Source of the DNA: Macrostomum lignano | Taxonomy: Eukaryota | NCBI GenBank assembly: GCA_002269645.1 | Contig: NIVC01000118.1 | Location: 186,001 to 250,000, forward strand | DNA length: 64,000 bases | Reading direction: 5' to 3' | Part shown: positions 1-13,754 of the stretch, in pieces | Position numbering within the stretch: the stretch's first letter is position 1 | Layout: each line of letters begins with the position of its first letter | The notes under the pieces: generated by a model | Seen by the model: only the letters and a program-made list of their open reading frames with translations | Database searches by the model: none | Told to the model about the DNA's origin: nothing | Position numbers and translations under genes: made by a program

Positions 1-3000
1 CAAAATCTACCGCGTGGCCAAATGCAATTGCGGGCAAACCTTGGCGGGAAAAAAACTCGGCGGGCAATTCGCTCGCGGGCAATTCTCTTGCGGGCAATTC
101 GTCTGCAGGCAATTCTCATGGATCCAAATTATAAATCATTTGGACTTAAAAAGTTTGTGTAATATCGATATACATGTAAATATTCAATATATTTTTATCT
201 ATACATTTACTTCATCTTACTACTCGCAGTAAAATATTTCCAGTAGTCATCTCAGCTGGCTATACGATCTCTTCCAGAAATATTTTGCATACTGTAACTA
301 TCGTCTCAATTAAATCAATTAAATTTAAAACGTAATTAATCCGGGCTTTTATTTCTCTTTAGACTTTAGATCGACGTGTGCACTATATGTATTCTGAAAA
401 AATATCTTGCTAATCGAATTATTGAATCTCGTGTTGCAGAATAATATATACATGTATTCCAACAAATATTTTTCTGGTTATTATATTTCCATAAATATAT
501 TTTGCTTCCTATTTAAAACGCTCAAAATAAAATTCCTAATTCTCTAGTTTATTATTTTACTAGCAGAGAATTCTTCTATTTTATTGTCATTTACTGTTGC
601 TCGTTAAATCATCGCACGTCGACAGGTTGGTGCCTGCATGTATGGTCTTTGCTTAAACGGGGCCAGCAATTGGTGAGCAGCAGCTAAATGAAAGACGTGT
701 AGTGCTATATATAATTTAATTGTAGGCTTGTCAAGAAGACTCGACACAAAATCACGTGACCCATCTGTTGCAAACGCCGCAGGCGTTTGTTCCACCTAAG
801 TATTGTTTGGTTAGATGTTCATGTCGCTGCTAGGCCCCTTCGGCAGCTATAGCTATTTCAAATTTAAGGCCTGATCGTTGTCTTGATTATCTTACATGAC
901 CATTCTCAAAAGGGCCGCGCGAGAAGCAGCTGCACCCGAGTACGTCGAGTCTAGAGATGTCGCTCCCTGTAGTTTTGGGATGGCATGAACGTCGACAACT
1001 CAAAATTGAAAATCCGGAGGGTCTATATGAAACCGCCTGAAACAGTTGGATGAAACCTTTGGTCGCGGCCGCGGGGGCCGCGCGATCGAGTCCTCGATCT
1101 TTTGCCGCAGAATTTTATTCTCCATGTGGGCCGCACTATAAGCCTGCCGGTAATATAACTTACATTAACAACCTGCATCAAAAAAGTTCATGCATTTCAG
1201 AGTTATACGGCAGCAGAATATTACTGTACATGCACAATTGTATCAAAAGAATGTACGTGATCGACATTTAACAGCTTTCGCATTTCAAATCAAACGAATA
1301 TGCCTGAAGTGAGTGACGTGGGTGACCATTAAACAAAATCTATACATTTAGAAAGTCAGAGCTGTTCAAATAATACAAGTTTTCTGCTTGTTATTTTTTT
1401 ATACTTGTACAGAACAAAATCTGTGTCTTGCAATGCAACTGATTGTCACGGTGTAATAATACGTTCGTTGAAATGCTATAACAAATACTCTAGTGCAATT
1501 TGTTAAGTATTTAAAAAAATTGGATTTCAAATTACTATAATAATGCCTTTTTGCAAAAGTAGTTGTTCAGTAAAATCCAAAAAACATTTAAATTTCTATG
1601 AAATAGCACTGTACATGATCAATAAATTGTCACTCACTTGGTAATGTACTTTGTGTGAGTGAGTACAGTGCAAAAATGGGGCGATACAGCGGCGAGAGTG
1701 CACAAGAATGACTAACGTAGTCCCAGTCGCTGTGTCGCAGACTGCAAGTTATCAGTATCACTAATTAGGCCTAACTAATATTATTTATTGACAAAAACAA
1801 CGACTTTGCATATTTTTCTTACTTATTTTAAGGCTAGGCCAAGGGCCTACCTAACTACCTTTTTAACTTTGTCCGACTTGGAATATTCCGACCGTCATTC
1901 TTATTCCAACTCGTAATGTGGTTAAATTACAAGTCTGAATAATGGTTGGAATATTCCAACTCTTATTCCAACTGATTATTAAATACATTGCAAGAGTCAC
2001 GTCAATATTAGGTTGGAGATGAATATATATCCACAAATTCAGTTTGGTAAAAGTTTGTAGGACAATATATCAAAAGCACTATCCTTAAATGTGGCTAAAA
2101 CATTATGGAAAGATGTAGTTCACTAAATTCAGCCATATATTTGGTACTCCCTGCATGAAGGAAGAATTTAAGACCATGCTAATAGTTTTAATTCAGCATG
2201 ATTTTCAAGCTGTATCATAATCATTAATCTAAGCGTATATCATTTTGTTACTGTAATAACAGAAAGCTAAAAGCAAGAATGAATTATACTTGCAACATTG
2301 TAGCTTACATCATTAATACAAAAAACTGACTCTTTATTAATGCAGCTTATTGCTTTGTCACTTGCAAAGACTACACTTCTTAGGCCCTACATTTTGTAAA
2401 TCAGCTTAGAATAAAATCTTTAAACTGTTTTGTGAAGGCTGCAATCATAGGAATGATAAAAAATGTAAAGGACCACTGGCATAGCAGGGAACTTGAAATG
2501 GCAAAATTGAGCAAATGCTTTCTAAAAATGTAGCATATTTTCTAAATGTAGACTAATTTTGATTTGTAATTTACTTCCAATACTGAAATTGTAAACTGTA
2601 ATGTAATGCATATTTAAATCATAAACTTAATATTTATTTTGTATTCCTAATAAAAAGAGATAGAGGAGTGTTTATCGCACAAGATTTTGAACTTTATCCT
2701 AGCTAAATTAAGCTAGCAAATGGCTGATTGAGATTTGCCAATGATAAAGATTTGCTGTGGGAAATGATGTAAATCAGGATTTTTGACTGGGTTTTTTTTC
2801 GTCCATAACTTGGGTGCAATTTTGCACCCTGTGCTAGATTTCAGGGTGCAATTTTCAAGACCAGGATGCGCTGCATGTCCATAACACTAAATTGTAAAAT
2901 CCGCATCATATCCTTGCAAAAAATTCTGGTGTGCTTTTCGCACCCTGGGTCAAATTTCAAGGTGCGATTTTTAAGACCAGGATGCTATTCACACCCATTT

Positions 3001-4013
3001 GCACAAAAAAAACATATTTTTGACTAAATATATTTAATTTTCCATAAAATTACAGCTCAGCATGTGCAGATTGGTTAGGATGTAAACCAGTAGAAAATAT
3101 GTGGATACATGTAGTTATTTTTAAATAATAGGCGTTGGTGCTTAAGAAATGCTGGCAAAAATTTGCCAATGAAAAATTTTTGCTGAAGCTTATAAAATTA
3201 TTGCAAAACACAATAATTATACTAGTTGATCTTCTTATATGCATTTTTAAATGAGAAAAAGCAGAAAAAAACTTTGCTACCCTTTTGCTAGCCAGCCAGC
3301 ATTTTGCCAGCTTTTCGCCAGCACTGTTTTTTCTAGGCTGATTGGATTTTCAATACCAAAATTATAAATTAGAATAAGAAATAAATAATAAGCCCTAATT
3401 TAACAATACTTTGCAATATATCCTTGCTTTAAATAACTTGAGATATTATTAATTTTCTTAAGTTGATCTGTTGCTTTTTATGAAAAAGTCTCTCATTTCA
3501 TTTAAATTTTTATTAAAAGGGATTTATCATGATTCATCATTTTTATTAAAACTATATGTAGCATCATTGGTAAATATCATTGTTACCTAACTAAGTATTC
3601 TTAGCATGCATTCTAAGTGTAGCCTTGTATACAATATTTATATATAGCAAATGCAATTCAATTAAATAGATTTTTCAAAATAAAAAACGTGCCAGTTAAA
3701 CAAAGTTGATACTACTTTTATTAGGAGAATTAAAAGTTTTGTAAAACTTTTTTTATATTGTTATAGACCTTAAGATTACTTTATTGTTTAGGCATCATAA
3801 ATTGGAGCATTGGAAAAGCAATCTAGGATATATACCAAAAAGCATAGGCATCAAAAAGCATGGAAACTTTTGGTAAGAATGAATATTTACAATTGACAAA
3901 GTGACCACATTTTTAGCTACTACAACTGAAATTGGGCAATTGATAACAAAGTGTTGAAACCAGATCCACTCATTGTGTATATTAGTTAATATAACTTTGT
4001 TTAAAGGGATTTC

Positions 4014-4770
4014 AATATAGCTTTTTGCAGCCCATTTGGGCTTGCGCGCATTGGATTTGATCCAAGATATGTTTGTCAAAGTAATGGAGCTTTTGTCTAT
4101 AGTAGCAAGGCTGGCACAGCGGCATTTGATTTGGTCCAACAAGCATCAATTTGGTCCATTTAGTTCATTTGCAGCTCAGTCCCAGAATTGTGGACCATAT
4201 GCTAGGCTGTTGAACAAATGTCATTGGCTTGTGATTGAAGCACTCGATGGAGGTGAACACCCAAAGGACATTGCAAGGTTGCTGAATGTAAAATAAAAGG
4301 TGGTTTACAGCATCCAGTAGTGCATTGAAACTTTGCCGGCAGAGATTGCCTGCAAAAGGGTGGCAATCGCCAAGGAAAGTTGCTCAAGAGCCTCAGGTCC
4401 AATTGCTACTCGATGCAGTTGAGACAAACCCTTTGTTGACATTGCCGAAATGCAGCAGAAGTTGAGGGAACAGCTCCAGTTGGTTATCAGATTTCGACTA
4501 TCAGCAGAGCTCTGGAAAAGCAACTGAAAACTTTTGGTAGAGACGCTGACATTCCAGTGGTGCACAGCAACCTGCAGATGATTGAGAGAAGGCAAGAAGA
4601 GTTTGTCCAATGGCTCACGAGTGTTTGGACCAAATGGATGCTTGTTGGACCGAATTGAATTCCACTGCGCCAGCCTTGCTACCATAGACAAAAGCTCTGT
4701 TACATTGGCAAATGTATCTTGGATTGAATTAGATGCGCGTAAGCCCAAATGGGCTGCAAAATGCTATATT
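4014..4770 (+). mobile_element. Degenerate, internally deleted Tc1/mariner-IS630-type DNA transposon: ~145-bp imperfect inverted repeats around a disrupted transposase N-terminus
   Basis: 4014-4158 is an imperfect reverse complement of 4626-4770. Between them, across frameshifts and stops, the + strand reads IEALDGGEHPKDIARLLNVK*KVVYSI, then KGGNR, QVQLLLDAVETNPLLTL, AEMQQKLREQLQLV and ISTISRALEKQLKTF...IERRQEEFVQWL. This resembles the paired HTH DNA-binding region of IS630/Tc1 transposases. No DDE domain is present. Confidence 0.7.
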
Positions 4771-7700
4771 AACATATTGTATAGATTGATAAATGTAATG
4801 ACAATGTGTTGCATCCCTTAACCTATTTAAAATCTTAGGAATTTAGATCTATCAGCTAGATATATATTGAAAAGCTATCTTAAGAGTGTTATCCAAAATA
4901 TAAAAATGAGTAATAATCAATAAATTAACAAAAAAGAAGTTGAAAAAAATTTAGGTCTAAAAGCCCTATTATAATTATAATTATAAGATAAGTGTATTAT
5001 CTAAATATAAGATATATTATCTTAAATATACTAAGCCTTAGTCAATGAATTTGAATATCCCTTGGCTTAAATAGAGCAATAGTAGCTATAGATATTTTAT
5101 GTAAACTTAGACAAAATATTTTCATGGCATAATCAAAGACAAAAGATACAATAAAAAGATTTTTGATAAAGTTAAAGTTTATTATTTCTATAATAAAAAC
5201 TATTCAATTTAATTTTTTCAATTTTATCTACCTTTATATATAATAATGGTAAACTTTTCAGTTATTGCAACCAATGTACCATCTTTATTTTTAAAAACCA
5301 TGTACCTAAATATAGCATTAAAATCTTTATGATTTTTCAAAATGGGATTTTAGATATATATAATTAAGGGTCTATTAAAATTATGCTTGCTATAAGGAAT
5401 GACTACAGATACTATATCTGTGGGAATGACATCAGGCTTCTTAATCTTAGGTCTAGTCTTAAATTTTATTTTTTACAAGGCTTGCAATGTCAATGCCAGT
5501 CTAGATATTTATATATTACAAGAAAATTATAGTAGTTATTCTTATCTCTCTTGTAAGTTTACTTAGTTCTCATTCTTAATATAGCTATATTCAACTAAAT
5601 TTAAGTTTCAAAAGGCAAATAAATAAATGGCTTTCAAAAATTGTGCCATCAAGTACCTTACTAGGAATCTATCAGGCATTTAATAAATGTATTCTTTTCT
5701 ATAACCTGTTATCCAATATCCATGTTAAAAATTGCAATAAACATAAAACTAGTCAACATGGATTGGCACACATTGATTATTTAATGAAAAGTATGAATTA
5801 TCTATTAAAAGTAGGATTTTCCAAGTATAAGTCTATATTGTGATAATAATAATACTTTTGGCACCATCATTCCACAAATGCATGTAGCACTGAGATGCTG
5901 TTGTCCATTCTGCTGACTCCTGAGGTTTACAGTGGCTGTGACTTTCTAATTGTCAGACTTGTACACTATGTGCCCTGGGGATTGGCCCTCATGGTGTGAA
6001 TTGCATAATAACCCTCTTTTGGCCAATATTCCTGCATACAAGCCCCACTTTCTCTTCGTGACATTATATTCTTTCTGCAATATATAGGTCTTCCAATCTG
6101 TCAAAGATTCGAATTGTCCCATGAACGTATCAGAAAAAACCTCTGAGGATCATTGAGTTCAATAAGTATAACTTGTATTTTATAAGCCTATAAGTTAGGT
6201 CATGTAGCCCTGTTTTCTCTTTCAAGGGTTACTGTGCTTGCCATGCACTCGCTGTGTACTTAATGTAATTTCCCGATTTAGCTTACAAGTTACAGAACTC
6301 GTGTCAGTGCGTGCCAGCAGTTTTCACTTAGCTAATGCTTGTTTGCATTACTAATCTAGACTATCTAGGTTGAAAGTGGACTATACACTGTAAGCATACC
6401 GTACCATGTGGTCCACAGTTCACACTGAATTAATCTTAATCTCAAAGCATTGCAATCCAAGTTTCTATTTATGGATTTCTTGCTCTGCCCAGGCTGCTTG
6501 TATTCTCCAGCTGACCCGCCTACACAGACACAGGTGGGGCCATTTTGTACAGGTGTTTGCAATAAGCTTGTCTTATTTTAATTTAAATTTAGTGACATAT
6601 TTGCAAACCAATAGGAATAGCTGAACTATGAGCTATGCTCATCGCAAATTCCAGCTCTCGGGTCCTTTTACACTTGACAATAGCAACAAGCGACAATAGC
6701 TCAAGGTTTGTCTTTTCTTAGCTCTCCTCTCTAATATCCCTTTCTGCTCTAATCTCCCTTCTATCCTCTCGTCTTCTCTCCTCTCTTATCTCTCCTCTCG
6801 TCTCGTCTCCTATCATTTTCTCATTTCTCCTCTCTTGTCTTCTTTGCTCTATTCCCTCTCCTATCTCCCCTTCTCTGACCCGTGGTCATGCGCTAGGCTC
6901 TCTATCTGGCACTTAAGGTGAAATTAAACAACTTTTGCGACCCCCTGCATTCCCTTGCAGGTCATATACGCGCATTTAAACCTATTTACGCAAGGAGTAC
7001 TTTATTATTTCTCTAGGTCGTTTCCTAGCAAAAAAACACTTTAGACTCGAGCTGCGTTTCTTTTATACTTTTGTACCCGAGTAAGCACCATTTTACTCTC
7101 TTACCCAGCTTTTTCTGTTCTGTTGGGTGTAAGTGCTCTGTACACGCGCTGAACTCGTGCTCTCAACTCTCTCACTGGCTGACCGCTGTCTATCTAGTTT
7201 TTATTATCGATCTTTACTCTGGAGTTAGCGTATAGTTATAGTTTGCAGCGGTGTTAGGGGGCTGTTGAACACTGCCGCAAATCAATGTGACAGTAAACCC
7301 GAACGATGCTAAGCTCGACGACAATGTACACACAGTCTGTACCGCTAAAACTCAATCTAATTTTTCCTAAAGGAGCTATAAGATTGGTGTAAGATCTTAT
7401 TCATTATGTTTTTAAGGTGATCCAGGACAGCGGAACTTAGGAAACCTAATTTCCTAAACAAAGACAACTAAAGCAACGTATATACACAGGACGCGACACT
7501 CGCGTTTCATGGAAAATGTTTTGAAGGCCACTTTTCGCCTAAAAATACACTACGGAGATAGGAAGTTTTCATTTTTCAGCATAAAAATTGTTATAGCTTT
7601 TAATAGGAAGCAGACCCAATGTTCATCTTTTGATATTTTGTGCCTTTTTATGGTTCTATTGATATTCATAGAGTTTTTCGTTTAGAAAATTAAGATTATC

Positions 7701-8042
7701 TGTTAATTTTTCATTCTACTTTCTCTGTCCAGATAGCATATTATAAACAGTCCTTGGCCTGAGCTCGTACTGTTGCACACAATATTGCGCAGTGCAGTGC
7801 AGTGCATGCCCTGGCAAGTTATATTGGCTGCGGAGTTCTTAACTGTCTGAACTCGAGTGGCTGACGCAGCACCCACCCCATCGCGCCACCGCTCCGTCCT
7901 CTCCGCCGCCATCCCCTCCTCCACGTCCTCAAGCCTATTATTAGCAAGACTCGCTCGCTTGCTTTCTTGCGTTCGATCTGAGACGTTTTTTTATGCATAA
8001 AGGTGTGGCCTAATCAACTCTCTTGCTACAGCCACTGCACCG

Positions 8043-11000
8043 ATGGATCGGGTCAAGAGTCTCATCTCTCAACTCAACGATCCTAATCTGGTGGCAAGAT
8101 TTCAAAGCCTATGCGGCCTGGACATCGGCTTCAAGGACAGCGGATTGAACTCCATGGACGAGGAGGACGAGGACAATGAGCCGGACAAGATGGAGCTGTC
8201 AAACTGCAGCGATAATGATTCTGGAACAGAGCAAGATGTCCGGATTCAGCCATCTGTGACAGCTGGAAAGCCTCTTCAACAGCAGCATCAGCAGGGCAGA
8301 CCGCAGCACCTTCGACACAGGAGGCAGCGCAGCGACGACCAATGGAAACAGAGCGTGAAAAGTCGCGTGCAGCACTCGCTGATGGACTATTCAATGAAGA
8401 ACAATGTCGATTATAAAGTGAAGAACCTGTTCCTGTACCACCTGTTCTCCTTTGGCGCGATGCTAGGCAATGAGGAATTCAACTGTACATTTTTCCCCTA
8501 CTGGTTCTGGAATGTTGATGGCTACGTTTGTCGGCGTGTGGTCATAGCCTGGGGCTTCTCCATGTGGTTCGGCCAGGCTATCAAGGATCTTATTAGGAGT
8601 CCCCGGCCGGCCAGTCCGCCTGTGGCCAAGCTGGAGAAGCGCTACGAACTGGAGTACGGATTTCCATCTACTCACGCCACCATTGCCGTCACTATACCAT
8701 TCTCGCTGTTCTTCCTGACTCACAACCGGTATCTGGTGAGTTGTGCACTCTGTGACCCTGACTGTTTTGTGCCAATGTTGTCTATTGTGTCTCTAATCTG
8801 ATGTGCTGTGTGTCTATTGTGTCTGTAATATGATGTGCTGTGTGTCTGTGTCTGTAATATGATGTGTTGTGTGTCTATTGTGTCTCTAATCTGATGTGCT
8901 GTGTGTCTATTGTGTTTGTAATATGATGTGCTGTGTGTCTATTGTGTTTGTATTATGATGTGCTGTGTGTCTAATGTGTTTGTAATATGATGTGCTGTGT
9001 GTCTAATGTGTCTGTAATATGATGTGCTGTGTGTCTATTGTTTCTGTAATATGATGTGCTGTGTGTCTATTGTTTCTGTAATATGATGTGCTGTGTCTAT
9101 TGTATTTGTAATATGATGTGCTGTGTCTATTGTATTTGTAATATGATGTGCTGTGTCTATTGTATTTGTAATATGATGTGCTGTGTGTCTATTAATTGTG
9201 TCTGTAATATGATGTGCTGTGTGTATATTAATTGTGTCTGTAATATGATGTGCTGTGTGTATATTAATTGTGTCTGTAATATGATGTGCTGTGTGTCTAA
9301 TGTGTCTGTAATATGATGTGCTGTGTGTCTATTGTTTCTGTAATATGATGTGCTGTGTCTATTGTATTTGTAATATGATGTGCTGTGTGTCTATTAATTG
9401 TGTCTCTGATATGATGTGCTGTGTGTCTATTAATTGTGTTTGTAAATACGATGTGCTGTGTGTCTAATGTCTGTAAATCCAATGTGCTGTGTCTAATGTG
9501 TCTCTTCAGTTGCAATAATCATATTGCATTTCATTTGCAGTTCTCAACTGAACTGGGTTTCCTATTGTGCGTATTCTGGAGCCTACTGGTCTGTTTGAGT
9601 CGAATTTACCTTGGCATGCACAGCGTTCTGGTGAGTTTATGATTCTTAATTGGAATTGCCCGTTATCTATAGCAAATATGCGGACCACTGTTTACTTTTG
9701 GTGTAGAAGCCTCGCTGTTTGAAGCCTGCTATGCCACATAGATTTTAATTAATCAATCATAACTGTGCCCGCTGAGTTCAACTTGATAGCAGCTTACGTA
9801 ACAGCTGATAAGAGATTCTCAAAGCTTTTGATTAAATAAACTGGTAGGAATAACCGGGTAAACCTTGGGTCATAGGTGCTGCGCAAAAAAGTGAAGTAAT
9901 GGTATAGAGTTGCACACTGCCTTTCTTAAGATGTGGCGTGTTACCCAGATCCTCAGTTGCTGGGCCAGGCCAGCCTCCCAGATCCCCAGTTGCTGGGCCA
10001 GCCTCCCAGATCCCCAGTTGCTGGGCCAACCTCCCAGATCCTCAGTTGCTGGGCCAGGCCAGCCTCGCAGATCCTCAGTTGCTGGGCCAGCCTCCCAGAT
10101 CCTCAGTTGCTAGGCCAGCCTCCCAAATCCCCAGTTGCTTGGCCAGCCTCCCAGATCCTCAGTTGCTGGGCCAGCCTCCCAGATCCTCAGTTACTGGGCC
10201 AGCCTCCCAGATCCTCAGTTGCTGGGCCAGCCTCCCAGATCCCCAGTTGCTGGGCCAGCCTTCCAGATCCTCAGTTGCTGGGCCAGCCTCCCAGATCCTC
10301 AGTTGCTGGGCCAGCCTCCCAGATCATCAGTTGCTGGGCCAACCTCCCAGATCCTCAGTTGCTAGGCCAGCCTCCCAGATCCCCAGTTGCTGGGCCAACC
10401 TCCTAGATCCTCAGTTGCTGGGGCCAGCCTCCCAGATCCTCACTTGCTGGGCCAGCCTCCCAGAGTGTCAGTTGCTGTTTTAAATACTCAGTACTTTAAG
10501 CTAAAGCCGCTTCCCATAGCCAATACTGAAGAACACGATGTACTTTCAGGACGTACTCAGCGGCGCCCTATTCGGCATGGTGTTCCTGACCTTCATCTAC
10601 CCGTTCCTGGACGCCATGGACAACTTCCAGCTGACCCATCCGTACTCGCCGTTCCTCATCACAACCGGCCTGCTGCTGCTGTCCTACGCCTATCCCAGAC
10701 TGGACCAATGGAATTCCGCCCGCGGCGACTCAACTATGACTCTGGCTGTGATGTGCGGCGTCTCAGTTGCCTCCTGGCTGGCCTATGCTCAGGGCTTCTA
10801 TGATCGGCCGCTGGAGCCACCGCCGTATGCGGTGAAATTTCCCGACATTGAGTTCATTGGGAGCACGGTGAGTGCGATTGCGTTCTGTGATGATAGATGT
10901 TCTACTCTGCTCTATTAGATGTTCTACTCTGCTCTATTAGATGTTCTATTCTGCCCTATTAGATATTCTACTCTGCTCTATTGGATGCTCTACTCTGCTC

Positions 11001-12122
11001 TATTAGATGTTCTACTCTGCTCTATTAGATGTTCTACTCTGCTCTATTAGATGTTCTACTCTGCTCTATTAGATGTTCTACTCTTCTCTATTAGATGTTC
11101 TATTCTGCTCTATTAGATGTTCTACTCTGCTCTATTGGATGCTCTACTCTGCTCTATTAGATGTTCTACTCTGCTCTATTAGATGTTCTATTCTGCTCTA
11201 TTAGATGTTCTACTCTGCTCTATTAGATGTTCTACTCTGCTCTATTAGATGTTCTACTCTTCTCTATTAGATGTTCTATTCTGCTCTATTAGATGTTCTA
11301 CTCTGCTCTATTAGATGTTCTACTCTGCTCTCTACTCTGCTCTATTAGATGTTCTACTCTGCTCTATTAGATGTTCTACTCTGCTCTATTAGATGTTCTA
11401 CTCTGCTCTATTAGATGTTCTACTCTGCTCTATTAGATGTTCTATTCTGCTCTATTAGATGTTCTACTCTGCTCTATTGGATGCTCTACTCTGCTCTATT
11501 AGATGTTCTACTCTGCTCTATTAGATGTTCTACTCTGCTCTATTAGATGTTCTACTCTGCTCTATTAGATGTTCTACTCTGCTCTATTAGATGTTCTACT
11601 CTGCTCTATTAGATGTTCTACTCTGCTCTATTGGATGCTCTACTCTGCTCTATTAGATGTTCTACTCTGCTCTATTAGATGTTCTACTCTGCTCTATTAG
11701 ATAATGTACTCTTCTCTATTGGATGTTCTAATTAAGATGTTCTATTCTGCTCTATTAGATGCTCTATTATTCTGTATTAGATTTTCTATTCTATTCTACT
11801 AGATATCATGGTCTACTCTAGTAGATGATCTATACCCCATACCTCACCCGCCCCTCCGCAGGCTATGCGCATGGCTCTGGGTGGCACAGTCCTGATTGCC
11901 ACTCGCAGCGCTATGAAGTCCATCACCTACCACTGCCTGTGCTTTCTGTACAAACTCGACCCGGGCAATGCTAAAAACCTGCAACTGTTGAAAGTTGAAT
12001 TGCCCTACAAATTCGTCACCTACAGTGTTGTAGCGTTCAACGTTGTGTACACCTGCCCGATCCTGTTCAGGCTTATCGGCATCGAGCGGATTATCGCTTT
12101 CACCGATCTTAATCCTGTGTAA
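8043..12122 (+). CDS. SGPP: Sphingosine-1-phosphate phosphatase (PAP2 superfamily, SGPP1/2-like), 4 exons, 453 aa
   Basis: join(8043..8735,9541..9630,10550..10867,11862..12122); all introns are GT-AG and phase 0. PAP2 motifs: C1 KDLIRSPRP, C2 EYGFPSTH, and C3 SRIYLGMHSVL|D spanning exons 2-3. The SGPP-type N-terminal LNDPNLVARFQSLCGL and several TM segments are also present. Confidence 0.95.
8781..9503. repeat. ~30-35 bp minisatellite (TGATGTGCTGTGTGTCTATTGTGTCTGTAATA), SGPP intron 1
   Basis: Tandem copies are visible directly. Confidence 0.9.
9943..10476. repeat. 28-bp minisatellite (GTTGCTGGGCCAGCCTCCCAGATCCTCA), SGPP intron 2
   Basis: About 19 tandem copies; the same family recurs at 37930-38310. 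Confidence 0.95.
10892..11800. repeat. 22-bp minisatellite (TAGATGTTCTACTCTGCTCTAT), SGPP intron 3
   Basis: About 40 tandem copies. Confidence 0.95.
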
Positions 12123-12350
12123 TTAATATTGTTTATCAAACCGTTATTAAATTATGTTTAATCTGGTTTATTTATTGTTGATATCTCTCAATGTATAAGT
12201 ATGAAATGTTGTAACCCTTATGAACTTTAACTAGGTGTACATCACGTGATGTAGAGGCATCCCTAATACTTCTCCTAAGTATCCAAGTAACTTACTGAAA
12301 ATACATTTTTTCGTTTAAATTTCAGCTTTGAAATCACATTTTTTTCTAGA

Positions 12351-12985
12351 ATGAGCTAATTAGCCTGCATCATGACTCATGAGAATGGGCTAATTAGCCT
12401 GCATCATGACTCATGAGAATGAGCTAATTAGCCTGCATCATGACTCATGAGAATGAGCTCATTAGCCTGCATCATGACTCATGAGAATGAGCTCATTAGC
12501 CTGCATCATGACTCATGAGAATGAGCTCATTAGCCTGCATCATGACTCATGAGAATGAGCTCATTAGCCTGCATCATGACTCATGAGAATGAGCTCATTA
12601 GCCTGCATCATGACTCATGAGAATGAGCTCATTAGCCTGCATCATGACTCATGAGAATGAGCTCATTAGCCTGCATCATGACTCATGAGAATGAGCTCAT
12701 TAGCCTGCATCATGACTCATGAGAATGAGCTCATTAGCCTGCATCATGACTCATGAGAATGAGCTCATTAGCCTGCATCATGACTCATGAGAATGAGCTC
12801 ATTAGCCTGCATCATGACTCATGAGAATGAGCTCATTAGCCTGCATCATGACTCATGAGAATGAGCTCATTAGCCTGCATCATGACTCATGAGAATGAGC
12901 TCATTAGCCTGCATCATGACTCATGAGAATGAGCTCATTAGCCTGCATCATGACTCATGAGAATGAGCTTATTAGCCTACGTCAT
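12351..12985. repeat. 34-bp near-perfect minisatellite (ATGAGCTCATTAGCCTGCATCATGACTCATGAGA)
   Basis: 18 full units at exactly 34-bp period from 12351 to 12962, plus a partial unit; each full unit contains ATGACTCAT. Confidence 0.95.
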
Positions 12986-13754
12986 GGCTGATGAGTTTTC
13001 ATACAAACTGCTGTGGGATAGAAATTTCTATTTTAGTTGCTATACATACTACTTATGTACTGGGTTTCTATCCACCGTAATCTGTGTAAACAACAGATAA
13101 TTTTTGTTTGTCTTCTTTCTGTGACATTATCTCAGCTCCTTCTATGAAATTGACGCGCTAAATTAATTGTAAATTCTATTTTTGTGTAAATTTGTTAATT
13201 TTTCCCAAACTTTGCTGGATTTTTGTTTTTATAAATTGTTACTATTTTTTCATATTTAAATTTTGACGCTTGAAATTTGGTTGACAAATTATCGAATTAT
13301 TCCACTGGTTTATTAATGCGATTCCTACTTCTATTAAATTTTGTTTTAACTTGTCTTCCCATTTAACTATTGTGTTTATTTGTCTATCTGTCGTGCATTA
13401 TTAACTGCATAAATATTCCTGCTTTTACATTTCTGCCGTGTTTTATTTCTATTCTGTTTTAACAAGCTTTTGGTACAGAAGAACTCAAATTTCCTTGTGT
13501 TGTGCGACATAATAATATACAGTATGTTATAGTACATGCGTTATGTATGCCAAGTCATCTATGTGTGTGTTTTTCTGTGTTTAACCACCAACTGTCCCAA
13601 GGCTGGCTGCTCTGGCAAATTATTTCAGTTTTAATTTGGTGATACTATAATAAACATGACCTATTTAATATAAGTTCTTTTTCTTTCATTCCTTGTATAA
13701 ATTATATCAATATTGAGTGTTAGTTCATAGTTTCTTTTTTGTTTTTTATCTACC

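Noticed and set aside
7703-7924. First exon of a head-to-head gene (MAAERTERWRDG) opposite SGPP
   Set aside because: No downstream minus-strand exons with recognizable coding content; it is more likely the GC-rich SGPP 5' region.
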